Source of the DNA: Bacteroidota bacterium
Lineage (GTDB): Bacteria; Bacteroidota; Bacteroidia; NS11-12g; UBA9320
Assembly (NCBI GenBank): GCA_024679565.1
Contig: JAIBDD010000009.1
Span: forward strand, 1,109-65,108
Length of the DNA stretch: 64,000 bases
Reading direction: 5' to 3'
A program made the translations under genes and the position numbers. The notes beneath the pieces are model-generated. The model saw only the letters and a program-made list of their open reading frames with translations. It made no database searches and was not told where the DNA came from. Numbering within the stretch: position 1 is the first letter of the stretch; each line of letters starts with the position of its first letter. Of this stretch, positions 10,981-20,809 are shown piece by piece.

Positions 10981-11107
10981 AGGAATTTATTAATAATTTT
11001 CTTTAAATGTAATATAGTAGTACACCAAAAATAACACATTCAGGATGTTAAAACTAGCTGTTTTAGCAGTTTTTTTGAGGCCTACGAGTTCACTTAAATA
11101 GACGATA

Positions 11108-12049
11108 TTACACCAACAAATGGTGCATAATATCGAGTGCAGCTTTTGCCATTTTGTTGTTCTGATCTATCAATGGGTTGATTTCAGTAATCTCTAAGGC
11201 CGTAATTTTAGGGCTCTTGTAGAGCTGTTCAAGAAGCGACTTGGCATTTTCAAGTGTTAAGCCATTAGGCACACTCGTGCCCGTGCCAACGCTTACCGAC
11301 GGGTCCATAGAATCAACATCAAACGAAATGTATATAAGATCACAATCTTCCAAATATTCTAACGTTTCGGCCGCAACTTGCTCCATAGTTTTGTTCAGTA
11401 ACCGCGCAGGAACGTAGTTGAATATGTTGTTATCATCTATGTCATTCCATTCAGCATCTTCTAGGTCTCTTATGGCAATAAGCGCTAAATCTTTCGGATC
11501 CACTTTGGGGTGAATCTGGTTTTTACCCATATGCGTCAAAGCGTGCCAACTGTTAACCACTTCTACGTTTGGTTCATTAATCGCGTTAGATTCATATCCT
11601 TCACCCAAGCTAGCCCCTAACGGCATTCCATGAACGTTACCACTTGGAGTGGTATAAGGTGTATGCAAATCGGCGTGGGCATCAATCCAAATCACGCCAA
11701 GCCTTTTTGATGGGTTGTGGTCTTTTATCGCAGCAATAGTCCCCAAGGCATTGCTATGGTCTCCTGACAGTATAAATGGGAACTTACCCGCATCTAAGAG
11801 CGGCTGAATGCGTCCAATTAACCTATTGTTTTGCTCTACAATCTCGTTAATGTATTTTGCATTTGGCGTTGTTATAGGATTGCATAAAGCGCCATTAAAA
11901 GTGTCAACGGTTAAGTGCGGAAACTTGCCATAAACCTTATTTCCTGTTTCATTGTCTTGCAATCTGACCGCAAATGGTCCTGTCCCAGCTCCACGTGCTC
12001 CTGCACCTACTTCAGAAGGATTCTCAACTATTACAACATCTCTATTCAT
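11108..12049 (-). CDS. Arginase/agmatinase/formimidoylglutamase family metal-dependent hydrolase
   Basis: SGDHS, DAHADL and SFDVDSMDP manganese-binding motifs. Confidence 0.8.
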   Translation of the reverse strand: MNRDVVIVENPSEVGAGARGAGTGPFAVRLQDNETGNKVYGKFPHLTVDTFNGALCNPITTPNAKYINEIVEQNNRLIGRIQPLLDAGKFPFILSGDHSNALGTIAAIKDHNPSKRLGVIWIDAHADLHTPYTTPSGNVHGMPLGASLGEGYESNAINEPNVEVVNSWHALTHMGKNQIHPKVDPKDLALIAIRDLEDAEWNDIDDNNIFNYVPARLLNKTMEQVAAETLEYLEDCDLIYISFDVDSMDPSVSVGTGTSVPNGLTLENAKSLLEQLYKSPKITALEITEINPLIDQNNKMAKAALDIMHHLLV

Positions 12050-12061
12050 GAATAACTTCTT

Positions 12062-12964
12062 TTACGCACGCATTTTGTGCCTTTTCACCAAAAACGGCAA
12101 TAATACTTGGTCTAGTGGTTTATTGATATCACAGTTAACAAAATCAATCTTGTACTGTGCACATTTATTTTTCAAGTTGGCGTAGAACGACTCAAACTGT
12201 TTGGTATAGGCTTCCTTTACTTCCGATGGGAATAGTTTCACCTTTTCACCAGATTCCAAATCTTCAAAAGTATAGGGTCTGTCTGCAAAGCTAAATTCCT
12301 TTTCAGATTGGTGATCCATAATATGAAACAAGACTACTTCATGCTTGTTAAACTTTAGATGCTGAAGGGCATCAAATAACGCCTCTTCATTATCCCCGTC
12401 AAACATGTCGCTGAATATGACCACCAAGCTTCTTTTGTGTATCCGCTCAGCAATTTCGTGCAACACTGCCGCTACGTTAGTCGTTTTTTGTACCGATTTG
12501 TGATTGTAGCTATTGCTAAGTTCAGTAAGAAGTTGCGCGTGGTGACTGGCTGACGATTTTGCAGGTAAATGGTTTATCACTGAATTGTGAAACAAGGTTA
12601 AACCAACTGCATCTCTTTGTTTTCGCAATAAGTGCATGATTGAAGCCGCTCCAACTACGCCGTATTTAATTTTGTTCTCGTCTTGGTTTGGATAAAACAT
12701 AGACGAAGAAACATCAAGAAGTAACTGACAACGTAGGTTCGTTTCCTCTTCAAATCGTTTCACATACAAACGGCCTGTTCTGGCAAACAACTTCCAATCA
12801 ATATTGCGGGTACTCTCACCACTATTGTATTGTCGATGTTCCGCAAACTCAACAGAAAAACCGTGATACGGACTTTTATGAAGTCCTGTTATAAACCCTT
12901 CAACCACTTGTTTTGCAAGTAATTCTAGGTTTTGAATTCGTACGGTTTCTTTGTTTAAATCCAT
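12062..12964 (-). CDS. DUF58 (vWA-like) domain protein
   Basis: HGFSVEFAEHRQY...LLLDVSSSM signature typical of DUF58 proteins, which usually partner a MoxR ATPase. No MoxR gene is adjacent here. Confidence 0.75.
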   Translation of the reverse strand: MDLNKETVRIQNLELLAKQVVEGFITGLHKSPYHGFSVEFAEHRQYNSGESTRNIDWKLFARTGRLYVKRFEEETNLRCQLLLDVSSSMFYPNQDENKIKYGVVGAASIMHLLRKQRDAVGLTLFHNSVINHLPAKSSASHHAQLLTELSNSYNHKSVQKTTNVAAVLHEIAERIHKRSLVVIFSDMFDGDNEEALFDALQHLKFNKHEVVLFHIMDHQSEKEFSFADRPYTFEDLESGEKVKLFPSEVKEAYTKQFESFYANLKNKCAQYKIDFVNCDINKPLDQVLLPFLVKRHKMRA

Positions 12965-13027
12965 AAAAAAACGATGGCTACAAAAATAACCATCGTTTTA
13001 ACTATAATATTGTTGCTTTGGCTTTAG

Positions 13028-13348
13028 TTATGCCAATTGTGCTTCTAATTTTCCAGAAATTGTACTCTTAGGTACAGCTCCTACTAATTTATCAACTACT
13101 TCTCCGTTTTTAAATACAAGTAAAGTAGGGATACTTCTAATACCGTACTTCATTGGAGTGTTTCTGTTTTCATCAACATTCATTTTGCCGATTTTAACTT
13201 TACCGTCGTACTCACCAGCCAATTCTTCTACAATGGGTCCAATCATTTTACAAGGACCACACCATACTGCCCAGAAGTCTACTAATACAGGAACGTCAGA
13301 ATTTATCACTTCTGCTTCCCAATTGTCGTCATTAAATTCTAATGCCAT
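13028..13348 (-). CDS. trxA: Thioredoxin
   Basis: 106 aa with WCGPCK active site. Confidence 0.92.
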   Translation of the reverse strand: MALEFNDDNWEAEVINSDVPVLVDFWAVWCGPCKMIGPIVEELAGEYDGKVKIGKMNVDENRNTPMKYGIRSIPTLLVFKNGEVVDKLVGAVPKSTISGKLEAQLA

Positions 13349-13393
13349 TATGTTTTGTGTTTATTTCGTTAACAAATCTTTCCTACAAAGGTA

Positions 13394-14770
13394 TTGGTTC
13401 AACAAGAAACACAATATTATTGTTCCATAATTTGTTTTGATAGTGTTATAACGCCTCTTTATTTGAAGACATCCAACCTTACTTTCGCCCATATCCTTTT
13501 AATAGGTATTCTTATTTCGCTGTTTGCATGCAAACCTGACAAATCGCGCAAAGAGACTAAAGACGAAAAAATAAGAAAAGAGCAACCCGTCATTGCTGCC
13601 ATTGATTCATCGTTTCCACATTACGGCTTACGATTGAATAAATATTTCGACCAACTCGACACCTTCAAAGTGCGCAAAAACAGTGTTTTTAGTAACCTGT
13701 TTGACGATTACAATACGGATGATTCTCTGTTATTCGAAGCCATAGGTATTGCCGATACTTTGTACCCAGTCAATAGAATAATAGCGGGTAAACCTGTACA
13801 TATGGTGTATAGGAAGGATAAACGTAAAAAGTCAGCATCTAACTTGGTGTATCATATCAGTGAAACAGACAAACTTATCTTGGGATTTAAGGATTCGGCG
13901 TACGCTTTTATCCATAAAATTCCGTTAGATACCGTTAGAAGAAGTATCTACGCACACATCAACAATACCCTGTATCATAGCATTTTAGCGAGCAACACTT
14001 CTTACGAACTTGGCATCAAAATGTCAGAAGTATTTGCCTGGCAAGTCAATTTCTTCAGAATTGACAAACATGACTTTTTTAAAGTAGTTTTCGACGAATA
14101 TCAAGTTGACGGCAAGGCGGTAGAAATTGGGAAAATTAAAGCGGCTTTGTTCTATCATCGAGGTGATTCCTTTTACGCGTTTCCGTATCAGAAAGGTACA
14201 GATAACGGCTACTTTGATGAAGAAGGGCAGAATCTTAAAAAAGCATTTTTAAAAGCACCATTAAAATATAGTCGGATAAGTTCTAGATATACCAAACGTC
14301 GTTTCCATCCTGTGCAAAAAAGATGGAAAGCGCACCTAGGTACAGATTACGCTGCACCGAGAGGCACACCTATCCGAACAGTTGGAGATGGAAAAATTAT
14401 TGCCGCCAGTTATTCTCGTGGGAATGGGCGCTATGTTAAAGTCAAACACAATAGTAAGTACACTACGCAATACTTGCACATGAGTCGGATTGCCAAAGGC
14501 ATCAAGAAAGGACGACATGTAAACCAAGGGGAAGTCATCGGATATGTAGGTAGCACCGGATTAGCAACAGGACCCCATCTTTGTTTTAGGTTTTGGGACA
14601 ACGGCGTGCAAGTAGATCCTTTTAAAATTAAAGCACCACCGACTACGCCAGTTTCACCTTCTAATATGAGTGATTTTAAACAATTGGCTGATATTGGTAG
14701 AAGCGAATTAAACCAAATTCATTTGTCTGTTTCTGACTCCACTGCAATTTCTAAAGACAAAGTCGACTGA
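13394..14770 (+). CDS. M23 family metallopeptidase (lipoprotein-like N-terminus)
   Basis: HLGTDYAAPRGTPI...GSTGLATGPHLCF, i.e. the HxxxD and HxH zinc motifs of LytM/M23. The N-terminal start is uncertain; ILLIGILISLFAC looks like a lipobox. Confidence 0.8.
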   Translation: MVQQETQYYCSIICFDSVITPLYLKTSNLTFAHILLIGILISLFACKPDKSRKETKDEKIRKEQPVIAAIDSSFPHYGLRLNKYFDQLDTFKVRKNSVFSNLFDDYNTDDSLLFEAIGIADTLYPVNRIIAGKPVHMVYRKDKRKKSASNLVYHISETDKLILGFKDSAYAFIHKIPLDTVRRSIYAHINNTLYHSILASNTSYELGIKMSEVFAWQVNFFRIDKHDFFKVVFDEYQVDGKAVEIGKIKAALFYHRGDSFYAFPYQKGTDNGYFDEEGQNLKKAFLKAPLKYSRISSRYTKRRFHPVQKRWKAHLGTDYAAPRGTPIRTVGDGKIIAASYSRGNGRYVKVKHNSKYTTQYLHMSRIAKGIKKGRHVNQGEVIGYVGSTGLATGPHLCFRFWDNGVQVDPFKIKAPPTTPVSPSNMSDFKQLADIGRSELNQIHLSVSDSTAISKDKVD

Positions 14771-15435
14771 ACATTAACCGCTTTGTTTCGAATTTTGCCC
14801 GGAATGGCGTTGGGTATTGAACGGATCACATAAATCCAGCAATCATCAGGAATGAGGTTGTCGCTTTCAAGTACATAAGCGTCAATGATGGACGAGTCTA
14901 CGCCAACAACAAATTGAATTTGAACAGCCGTTGTATCAAATTTAAAATCAAATGTATCGACCAACATGGTTCGAACAAAGGATTTGATTGAATCTAAGCC
15001 GCCATAAAAAGTGGGAGGCTCCTCACTCTCTTTGTAGTATGTATATTGATGTGTGTTAAGATCTAATTCAGGATCGACGTAGCTAAATTGAAAGTTCAAC
15101 ACCATTTGTGAATTTGCAATCACCCCATTGTGAACTGCTGGATGCCAAGCGGGCATTCCGTCTAAAAATCGCTCTACCTCTTCCTCAAATCCTAGATTAC
15201 TTTTTGGAAACACAAAACTCTGTATCCTAACCTTTCCCTGCGTATCGATCTCAACAACCACACGTATTTCTCTGGAGTTTTTTGATTCAATTGCCCTTTC
15301 AGGAAATACCAAGTGACTTGTAAGATATTCGTTGTATGCCTGGTCTCCTCCAGGAAAACTAGCAGATTTATCATTCTGGGCGTACGATAGAGTCACCGCC
15401 AACACTAAAACCATAGTATATATGGCTCGCATCAT
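14719..15435 (-). CDS. Secreted TonB C-terminal-domain-like protein
   Basis: Signal peptide, then SFPGGDQAYNEYLTSHLVFPERAIE...EIRVVVEIDTQGKV resembling a TonB_C fold. Overlaps the upstream histidine kinase by 4 bp (same operon). Confidence 0.5.
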   Translation of the reverse strand: MMRAIYTMVLVLAVTLSYAQNDKSASFPGGDQAYNEYLTSHLVFPERAIESKNSREIRVVVEIDTQGKVRIQSFVFPKSNLGFEEEVERFLDGMPAWHPAVHNGVIANSQMVLNFQFSYVDPELDLNTHQYTYYKESEEPPTFYGGLDSIKSFVRTMLVDTFDFKFDTTAVQIQFVVGVDSSIIDAYVLESDNLIPDDCWIYVIRSIPNAIPGKIRNKAVNVQSTLSLEIAVESETDK

Positions 15436-16595
15436 TTGCGTAAACTAATTTTAAACGTTGTGCGTTCGTTTGGTATCGACTCTTTAACGACAATAGTTCC
15501 ATCGTGGTAGTTGTCTACAATTCTTTTAACTAAAGACAACCCCAATCCCCATCCACGCTTTTTGGTGGTAAACCCAGGTTCAAAAACAGTCTTAAACCGG
15601 CTTCCAGGAATTCCTTTACCGGTATCTGAAACCTCTAAAAATAGTACTTTATCATTTTCTGTAATGGTATACGTTAAGGCCCCGTCTCCATTCATGGCAT
15701 CCGTGGCATTTTTGGTAAGGTTTTCTAAAACCCAGGCAAAAAGCGGCACATTCAAATGGCAAAACCCGTCCGTGGTATTGTCATTAATTGTAAATGATAC
15801 GCGGCTAGACAAACGCTTTTCTAAATACCCTATAGTCTCATCAACCACCGTTTTCATGTGCGTCGGACTCAACACGGGCTCAGAACCAATTTTACTAAAC
15901 CGCTCGGTGATCAATTCAAGGCGAACAATATCGTTGTTAATTTCATCGTATATCTCCTCAGAGATTTGGCCGTCACTTCCCTTTATAAGTTCCATCCAAG
16001 CCATCAATGAGGATATTGGTGTCCCTAATTGATGGGCAGTTTCTTTACTCATCCCCACCCAAACCTGATTTTGCTCTGAACGCTTGGCGTAACTGAACGC
16101 ATAATAACTCACCAGCAAGAACACCGCAATGATGATTAATTGAGCGTACGGGTATAGTTTCAACTTGGTAAAGAAAATGGAGTTTTCGTAATAGATTATG
16201 ATGTTTTGATCTTCGTACAAACCAGCAATTATGGGCTCGTTTGCAGCTTTCATATCTTCAATTTCGTCTTGGATGTAAACTTTATCTTCGGCTGAAGCCG
16301 AGTCGATATTTCTATGTGCGATTACAGTACCGTCTTCTAAGGTGACAATAACCGGAATCGTGTTGTTTGCACGTATTACTGAAAGTGCATACGTCACATC
16401 TGTTTGGTCCTCCACTTCCAAAGTAGCAATTAATCTTGTTGCCTCTGCCCACAACGCAACCTTAGAACGCTCGTCTTCTTTAAGGTTTTTTGCTAGGTTG
16501 TCTGTATATAAAAGCGACAAAGCGACAATAGACATGGCAACAACAAACAATGCTACCTTAACTATGGTTCTGGTTTGATACTTATTTATCGCCAT
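15432..16595 (-). CDS. Membrane sensor histidine kinase (orphan; no cognate regulator adjacent)
   Basis: Two TM segments, H-box HQLGTPISSLMAWMELI, and HATPase motifs (NATDAM, DTGKGI, GWGLGLSLV). Confidence 0.85.
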   Translation of the reverse strand: MAINKYQTRTIVKVALFVVAMSIVALSLLYTDNLAKNLKEDERSKVALWAEATRLIATLEVEDQTDVTYALSVIRANNTIPVIVTLEDGTVIAHRNIDSASAEDKVYIQDEIEDMKAANEPIIAGLYEDQNIIIYYENSIFFTKLKLYPYAQLIIIAVFLLVSYYAFSYAKRSEQNQVWVGMSKETAHQLGTPISSLMAWMELIKGSDGQISEEIYDEINNDIVRLELITERFSKIGSEPVLSPTHMKTVVDETIGYLEKRLSSRVSFTINDNTTDGFCHLNVPLFAWVLENLTKNATDAMNGDGALTYTITENDKVLFLEVSDTGKGIPGSRFKTVFEPGFTTKKRGWGLGLSLVKRIVDNYHDGTIVVKESIPNERTTFKISLRK

Positions 16596-16670
16596 TGGTA
16601 CAAAGAACGATTTTTTTTAAGTTTCTGATACAGATTCAAGATGTGGATGATTAAAAATGTATAGGAAGCG

Positions 16671-16678
16671 TATTTTTG
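16671..16678 (+). promoter_or_regulatory. Bacteroidota sigma-A -7 box (TATTTTTG, matching TAnnTTTG) upstream of the cyclase gene
   Basis: The ORF-track TTG start at 16676 is the TTTG of this box. The real start is more likely ATG at 16691. Confidence 0.45.
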
Positions 16679-16690
16679 AGACTTTCATCT

Positions 16691-17443
16691 ATGGAGTTTC
16701 AATTCAACCACAACGGACAAGCGTACACTTTTGAAAGTACACTATTTCATGACCTTTCTACACCAATTAGAAACGGATCAGAAAATGTAAACGCTTACTA
16801 TCTCGAGGACCCCAAATTCGAACCCTTTAAAGCAGGAGGATTTGTGGGGTCGGTCACACAGGGTGGTGCATGCAATTGTGAAGACATTACTTTTAATGCA
16901 CATGGCAACGGAACCCATACAGAATGTGTTGGACACATCAGTGATGGTGGGCAAACTATCAATGCATGCCTCAAAGACTTTACAACAATGGCGTTAGTGG
17001 TGACTATTTCACCCGAGCATCTCGACAACGGCGATCAAGTATTATTGAAAGAGTCGCTTGCGCATTACGATCTAAACTCAGTTGACTCTCTGGTTATACG
17101 AACTTTACCAAACTCTCCGAATAAATTGACAAGGCGCTATTCTGGAACAAATCCAACTTATCTATCTCCAGATTTTACCGCCTTACTTGCTACGCATAAT
17201 ATCAAGCATCTAATTGTTGATTTACCTTCAGTGGATCGAGAAGAAGATGGTGGATTGCTTAAAGCGCATCATGCTTTTTGGCAATACCCTGAAAATCCAA
17301 GAATGTCATCCACCATAACCGAACTGGCTTACATTACTGATGAAGTTGCAGATGGACACTACCTACTGCAAATTCAAATAGCAGCTTTTGAGTCGGATGC
17401 GAGTCCGAGCAAACCAATTCTTTACCCCCTAACCAAGATTTAG
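16691..17443 (+). CDS. Cyclase family protein (kynurenine formamidase-like)
   Basis: HGNGTHTECVGH motif (HxGTHxDxPxH-like). Start moved to ATG 16691; the ORF track gives 16676. Confidence 0.6.
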   Translation: MEFQFNHNGQAYTFESTLFHDLSTPIRNGSENVNAYYLEDPKFEPFKAGGFVGSVTQGGACNCEDITFNAHGNGTHTECVGHISDGGQTINACLKDFTTMALVVTISPEHLDNGDQVLLKESLAHYDLNSVDSLVIRTLPNSPNKLTRRYSGTNPTYLSPDFTALLATHNIKHLIVDLPSVDREEDGGLLKAHHAFWQYPENPRMSSTITELAYITDEVADGHYLLQIQIAAFESDASPSKPILYPLTKI

Positions 17444-18444
17444 TGGATACTGAAAAACTACTGTATTTCTGCACATCTTTCGTGTCGACGTTAGTAAACG
17501 CATTTCTACCTCGTCCGAAAGAAGTTGGTTCTGTGCTCATCGTGAAACTCGATGAAATTGGCGATATGATATATACACTTCATTGTATTGAAGCTATTGC
17601 TGATCAGTTCCCAAAGGCTACCATTGATGTATACTGCAAGTCTATGAACAATGCGTTGGTAGATCAAACTAGAGCTGTTACTGCGATTGTTAATGACCCA
17701 CACAACCTTCAGACTAGATACGATATACAAATCGATTTTAGGGGAAACTGGCAAACCATGCAACGTGCTTTACTTGGGAAGTGCTCTCGGTATTTCGATA
17801 GAGGAAGTGTACGCCTACAAAACAAGTTTAACGGCGGGCAAAAGCATGAAATTGAAACGAATCAAGAAACTGTTCAGGCATTATTTCCTGAGTCGTATCA
17901 GTGGAGCAAGCCCAAATTACATATTACGGAAGACGACCAAGAATCTGTGCGCGGTTTGACCGCCAAATATGGCATCAGTCAGTATGTGGTTATGCACTGT
18001 GGCGCCAGAGACGAAGCCCGAAGATGGCCGGTAGAGCGTTTCGCCAAATTAATTGACACAATTCATACCGAATATGGCTTAAAAACTTTGCTGATTGGTT
18101 CACCAAATGAGCATGACTTAAACCAATTGGTTGCCGATCAATGCAACAATGCAATCAACATAGCTGGAGAAACTGGGTTAATGCAACTCGCAGCAGTAAT
18201 GCGACAATGCGACTTTTTTGTGGGTAACGAAAGCGGCCCTTTACATTTTGCCATAGTTGAGAAAAAACCCTTGGTTGCACTTTTTGGCCCTGGAGTTAAA
18301 GATGTTTTTTACCCGTTATATCCCAACCAAAAAGTGATTCATCACATGAATGATCAACTTACAGAGGAAGACAAGATATCAAGTATGTTGAAGATCTCGG
18401 AACAAGAGGTTGTTGCTGCAGTTGAATCGTTGTCGTTATCGTGA
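17443..18444 (+). CDS. Glycosyltransferase family 9 (LPS heptosyltransferase-like)
   Basis: KLDEIGDMIYTLHCIEAI...YCKS N-terminal GT9 pattern and a C-terminal GT-B fold. GTG start overlaps the cyclase stop (TAGTG). Confidence 0.65.
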   Translation: MDTEKLLYFCTSFVSTLVNAFLPRPKEVGSVLIVKLDEIGDMIYTLHCIEAIADQFPKATIDVYCKSMNNALVDQTRAVTAIVNDPHNLQTRYDIQIDFRGNWQTMQRALLGKCSRYFDRGSVRLQNKFNGGQKHEIETNQETVQALFPESYQWSKPKLHITEDDQESVRGLTAKYGISQYVVMHCGARDEARRWPVERFAKLIDTIHTEYGLKTLLIGSPNEHDLNQLVADQCNNAINIAGETGLMQLAAVMRQCDFFVGNESGPLHFAIVEKKPLVALFGPGVKDVFYPLYPNQKVIHHMNDQLTEEDKISSMLKISEQEVVAAVESLSLS

Positions 18445-18513
18445 TTTGATTGAACAACGGCACTAGCTAAGTTCTGCATAACTTTATAAAAGCCCAAAAA
18501 TATCCTAAAAAAA

Positions 18514-18544
18514 AAGTCACTCCGATTATGCATCGAAGTGACTT
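18514..18544. terminator. Hairpin terminator downstream of the minus-strand T9SS gene
   Basis: Stem AAGTCACT (18514-18521) pairs with AGTGACTT (18537-18544) around a 15-nt loop. It is preceded by A9 on the plus strand, which gives a U-tract for the minus-strand transcript. The long loop lowers confidence. Confidence 0.4.
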
Positions 18545-18566
18545 AGAATTAAGTTTTCTTTATTGT

Positions 18567-19970
18567 TTATTTCTTAATGATACGATGTATTGAGACATTA
18601 TCATCTAACATGACCCTTACCATATATGGTCCTTGCGGTATATTTAATATGTCCATAGTTAACGTATTTAACCCATTAACGCTAGACTGTTTTATGACTT
18701 GTCCTTGTAAAGTTAGTAAGTCTATTTTTAGTTCTTCGGCAGTTTTTCCATTTGGATTAGAAACCGTTATTCGATCAGAAACAGGATTTGGAAAAACACG
18801 AATAATCGGTTTCTCTATCAGTGGTCTTAAAACAAAAACGTCTGACTCTTCTGTGTCTCCATTATAATCGTGCTGCACCAGTTTAAAGTAGTTAGCAACC
18901 TCTGAGTTGCCATAATAATGAAATTGGTAAGCTGATATGGTATTCTTTGTTCCGTTGCCATTGACCTGACCTATTTCATTCCAATCCAAACCATCATGAC
19001 TTTGCATAATCTGAAAGTGAGAATTGTTTTCCTCCGAAGCAGTTTCCCAATTAACGGACATTTTGCCAGTAGAATGTTTTGCATTTAAGAATAACAAATC
19101 TACCGGAAGCGGAGAGTTTATACCTGGAGATGTGTTCCATCCCACTCCATCAGAAAAATCAAGAAAAAAGTAAGCGGCACCTGAGCCACCTGCAGCACCA
19201 ACGACGATGTTTATTGATGTCAACGAATCGTAGAGTAACTTTATTCGGTTGTCATCCGCCGTGACATTGGTTGTATTAGATGAGGAAAAAGACTCAAATC
19301 TTATTTTAGTAGGACTTGCCTGATCATAAGATGTATCTAAATTGGATCCATATTGAACCGTTTTTAGATATTGTGTCGGAAATTCATTGAATTGATTCGT
19401 ACCAGATCCGCCATTTCCATCAATGTCATAGGTGTTGACATAAATGTTTTCAAGCACAACGTTGGCCCCCTTATGAGTGGTGTTGTTGTAACTCCCCCCT
19501 AAAATGAATTGATAACTAAACTCGCAACTACCAGCCGCGCTAAAGCTAAAAGTAGGTGAGAAAAAACTATCTTTGTTGGCTGACATACCACCTCCAGATG
19601 CAGAGCTATAGTCAAACGCCTCCGTTCCTGAGGCTGGACTAAAAGGTAAAGTAAAAGTAGCATTGGTTTTGGCAATTGTTGTCACGATGCAATCGATAGT
19701 CTGAGAACCAATGGTAATAATATTGGTATAGACCGTTTTGTCTCCAACATCTGTTCCAGTGCCGGAAGTGTGGCTTTGGTTTGCATCTAAAAAGCTGAAA
19801 GGTTGATAGTTTGCGTCGTAGGTCTGCCTAAACCCTAATAATGGATTTAAGAGCAGAATAAGTGCAATAAATCTAAATAGTTCTGACCATTTCACAAATG
19901 GTGAAAAATGTTTTGAAAATGTTTTAAATAGTAAAAGCATGAAAATAGTTATTAGTAATACAGTACTCAT
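18567..19970 (-). CDS. T9SS C-terminal sorting domain (type A) secreted protein
   Basis: C-terminal ~80 aa: VFPNPVSDRITVSNPNGK...YMVRVMLDDNVSIHRII. The body is Ser/Thr/Gly/Asn-rich and beta-rich. Confidence 0.75.
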   Translation of the reverse strand: MSTVLLITIFMLLLFKTFSKHFSPFVKWSELFRFIALILLLNPLLGFRQTYDANYQPFSFLDANQSHTSGTGTDVGDKTVYTNIITIGSQTIDCIVTTIAKTNATFTLPFSPASGTEAFDYSSASGGGMSANKDSFFSPTFSFSAAGSCEFSYQFILGGSYNNTTHKGANVVLENIYVNTYDIDGNGGSGTNQFNEFPTQYLKTVQYGSNLDTSYDQASPTKIRFESFSSSNTTNVTADDNRIKLLYDSLTSINIVVGAAGGSGAAYFFLDFSDGVGWNTSPGINSPLPVDLLFLNAKHSTGKMSVNWETASEENNSHFQIMQSHDGLDWNEIGQVNGNGTKNTISAYQFHYYGNSEVANYFKLVQHDYNGDTEESDVFVLRPLIEKPIIRVFPNPVSDRITVSNPNGKTAEELKIDLLTLQGQVIKQSSVNGLNTLTMDILNIPQGPYMVRVMLDDNVSIHRIIKK

Positions 19971-20809
19971 AACTAATCAAGAGGGATCCCAACGTTGCAA
20001 AAAATACATAAATGTATAATTATCAACACTTTATGTATTTGCACAAACATGCAATATGTCTAATTTTGAGAGTATATTCTATTTTTGGTACATTTTCTGA
20101 TATTGAATACACATTTTAGATAAATTTTCATATTAATGATTCCAAATGACGATTTAAGGTTTGCAAAATACTTCACCATTTAGTTTAGTACAACCTAGCA
20201 ACTGGTATCCTCGATCATACATTTCGACAAAGGTGAATCTTGAGAAACACAAATACCCAAGAGGAATATCTAAATGAATTGGGTCTATATGACGACCTAG
20301 ACAATGATACCCGCATTTATTGTCGTTTACCAAAGTTAAGGCCATCGGTCTTTTAGGAATTGGCAGAATAGAATCTTAATTCTCCATCATAAGACTTCCT
20401 CGGTAGTTGTAATAAGACAGCCTATTATTGAGCTCTGTAACAATATAACCGCCAGGTGAAGGTGCATATTTGCGCTCTAAGTTGTTATACGATTCAATAT
20501 TTCTTTTTTTTATGGATATGGCTGTATCACCCTTTGCTGTTAAGATCCCGCATACCAAAGGTCCTTGCTTAGAGGTCTTTTTACCGACGATGAATCGTAT
20601 TGTGGCTCAACAACGACCTGAATGTTAGTATCGGTTAATCCCAAGCGTCAACGGATCTGCATGGAACAAGTATCTCCTTTTGAGCAAGAGTATCGAGACC
20701 AGAAAGGAGGATGATACAAGTTACAATATATCTCGAAATCATAGCTCAAAGATATTCCAATAATCAAATGGGACATACACTATATTTGCTCATCTACCGT
20801 TAAAACCCT
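19971..20809. other. 840-bp AT-rich gene-free island. It holds only short ORFs on both strands, read as pseudogene fragments or an uncharacterised non-coding element
   Basis: No ORF longer than 63 aa. Two tandem minus-strand ORF fragments (20154-20345, 20376-20558). A 30-codon ORF (20711-20803) preceded by AAAGGAGG. Confidence 0.4.

Noticed and set aside
10981-11107. Possible terminator hairpin (aaaactagctgttttagcagttttttt) downstream of the arginase gene
   Set aside because: Only a 3-4-bp stem can be formed, which is too weak to call.
20154-20558. Two 60-63-aa minus-strand ORFs in the 840-bp island as real genes
   Set aside because: They are short and in different frames, with TTG or weak starts and no motif beyond a vague Ntn-hydrolase-like GPLVCGI. 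I treated them as decay fragments, and report the region as a finding instead.
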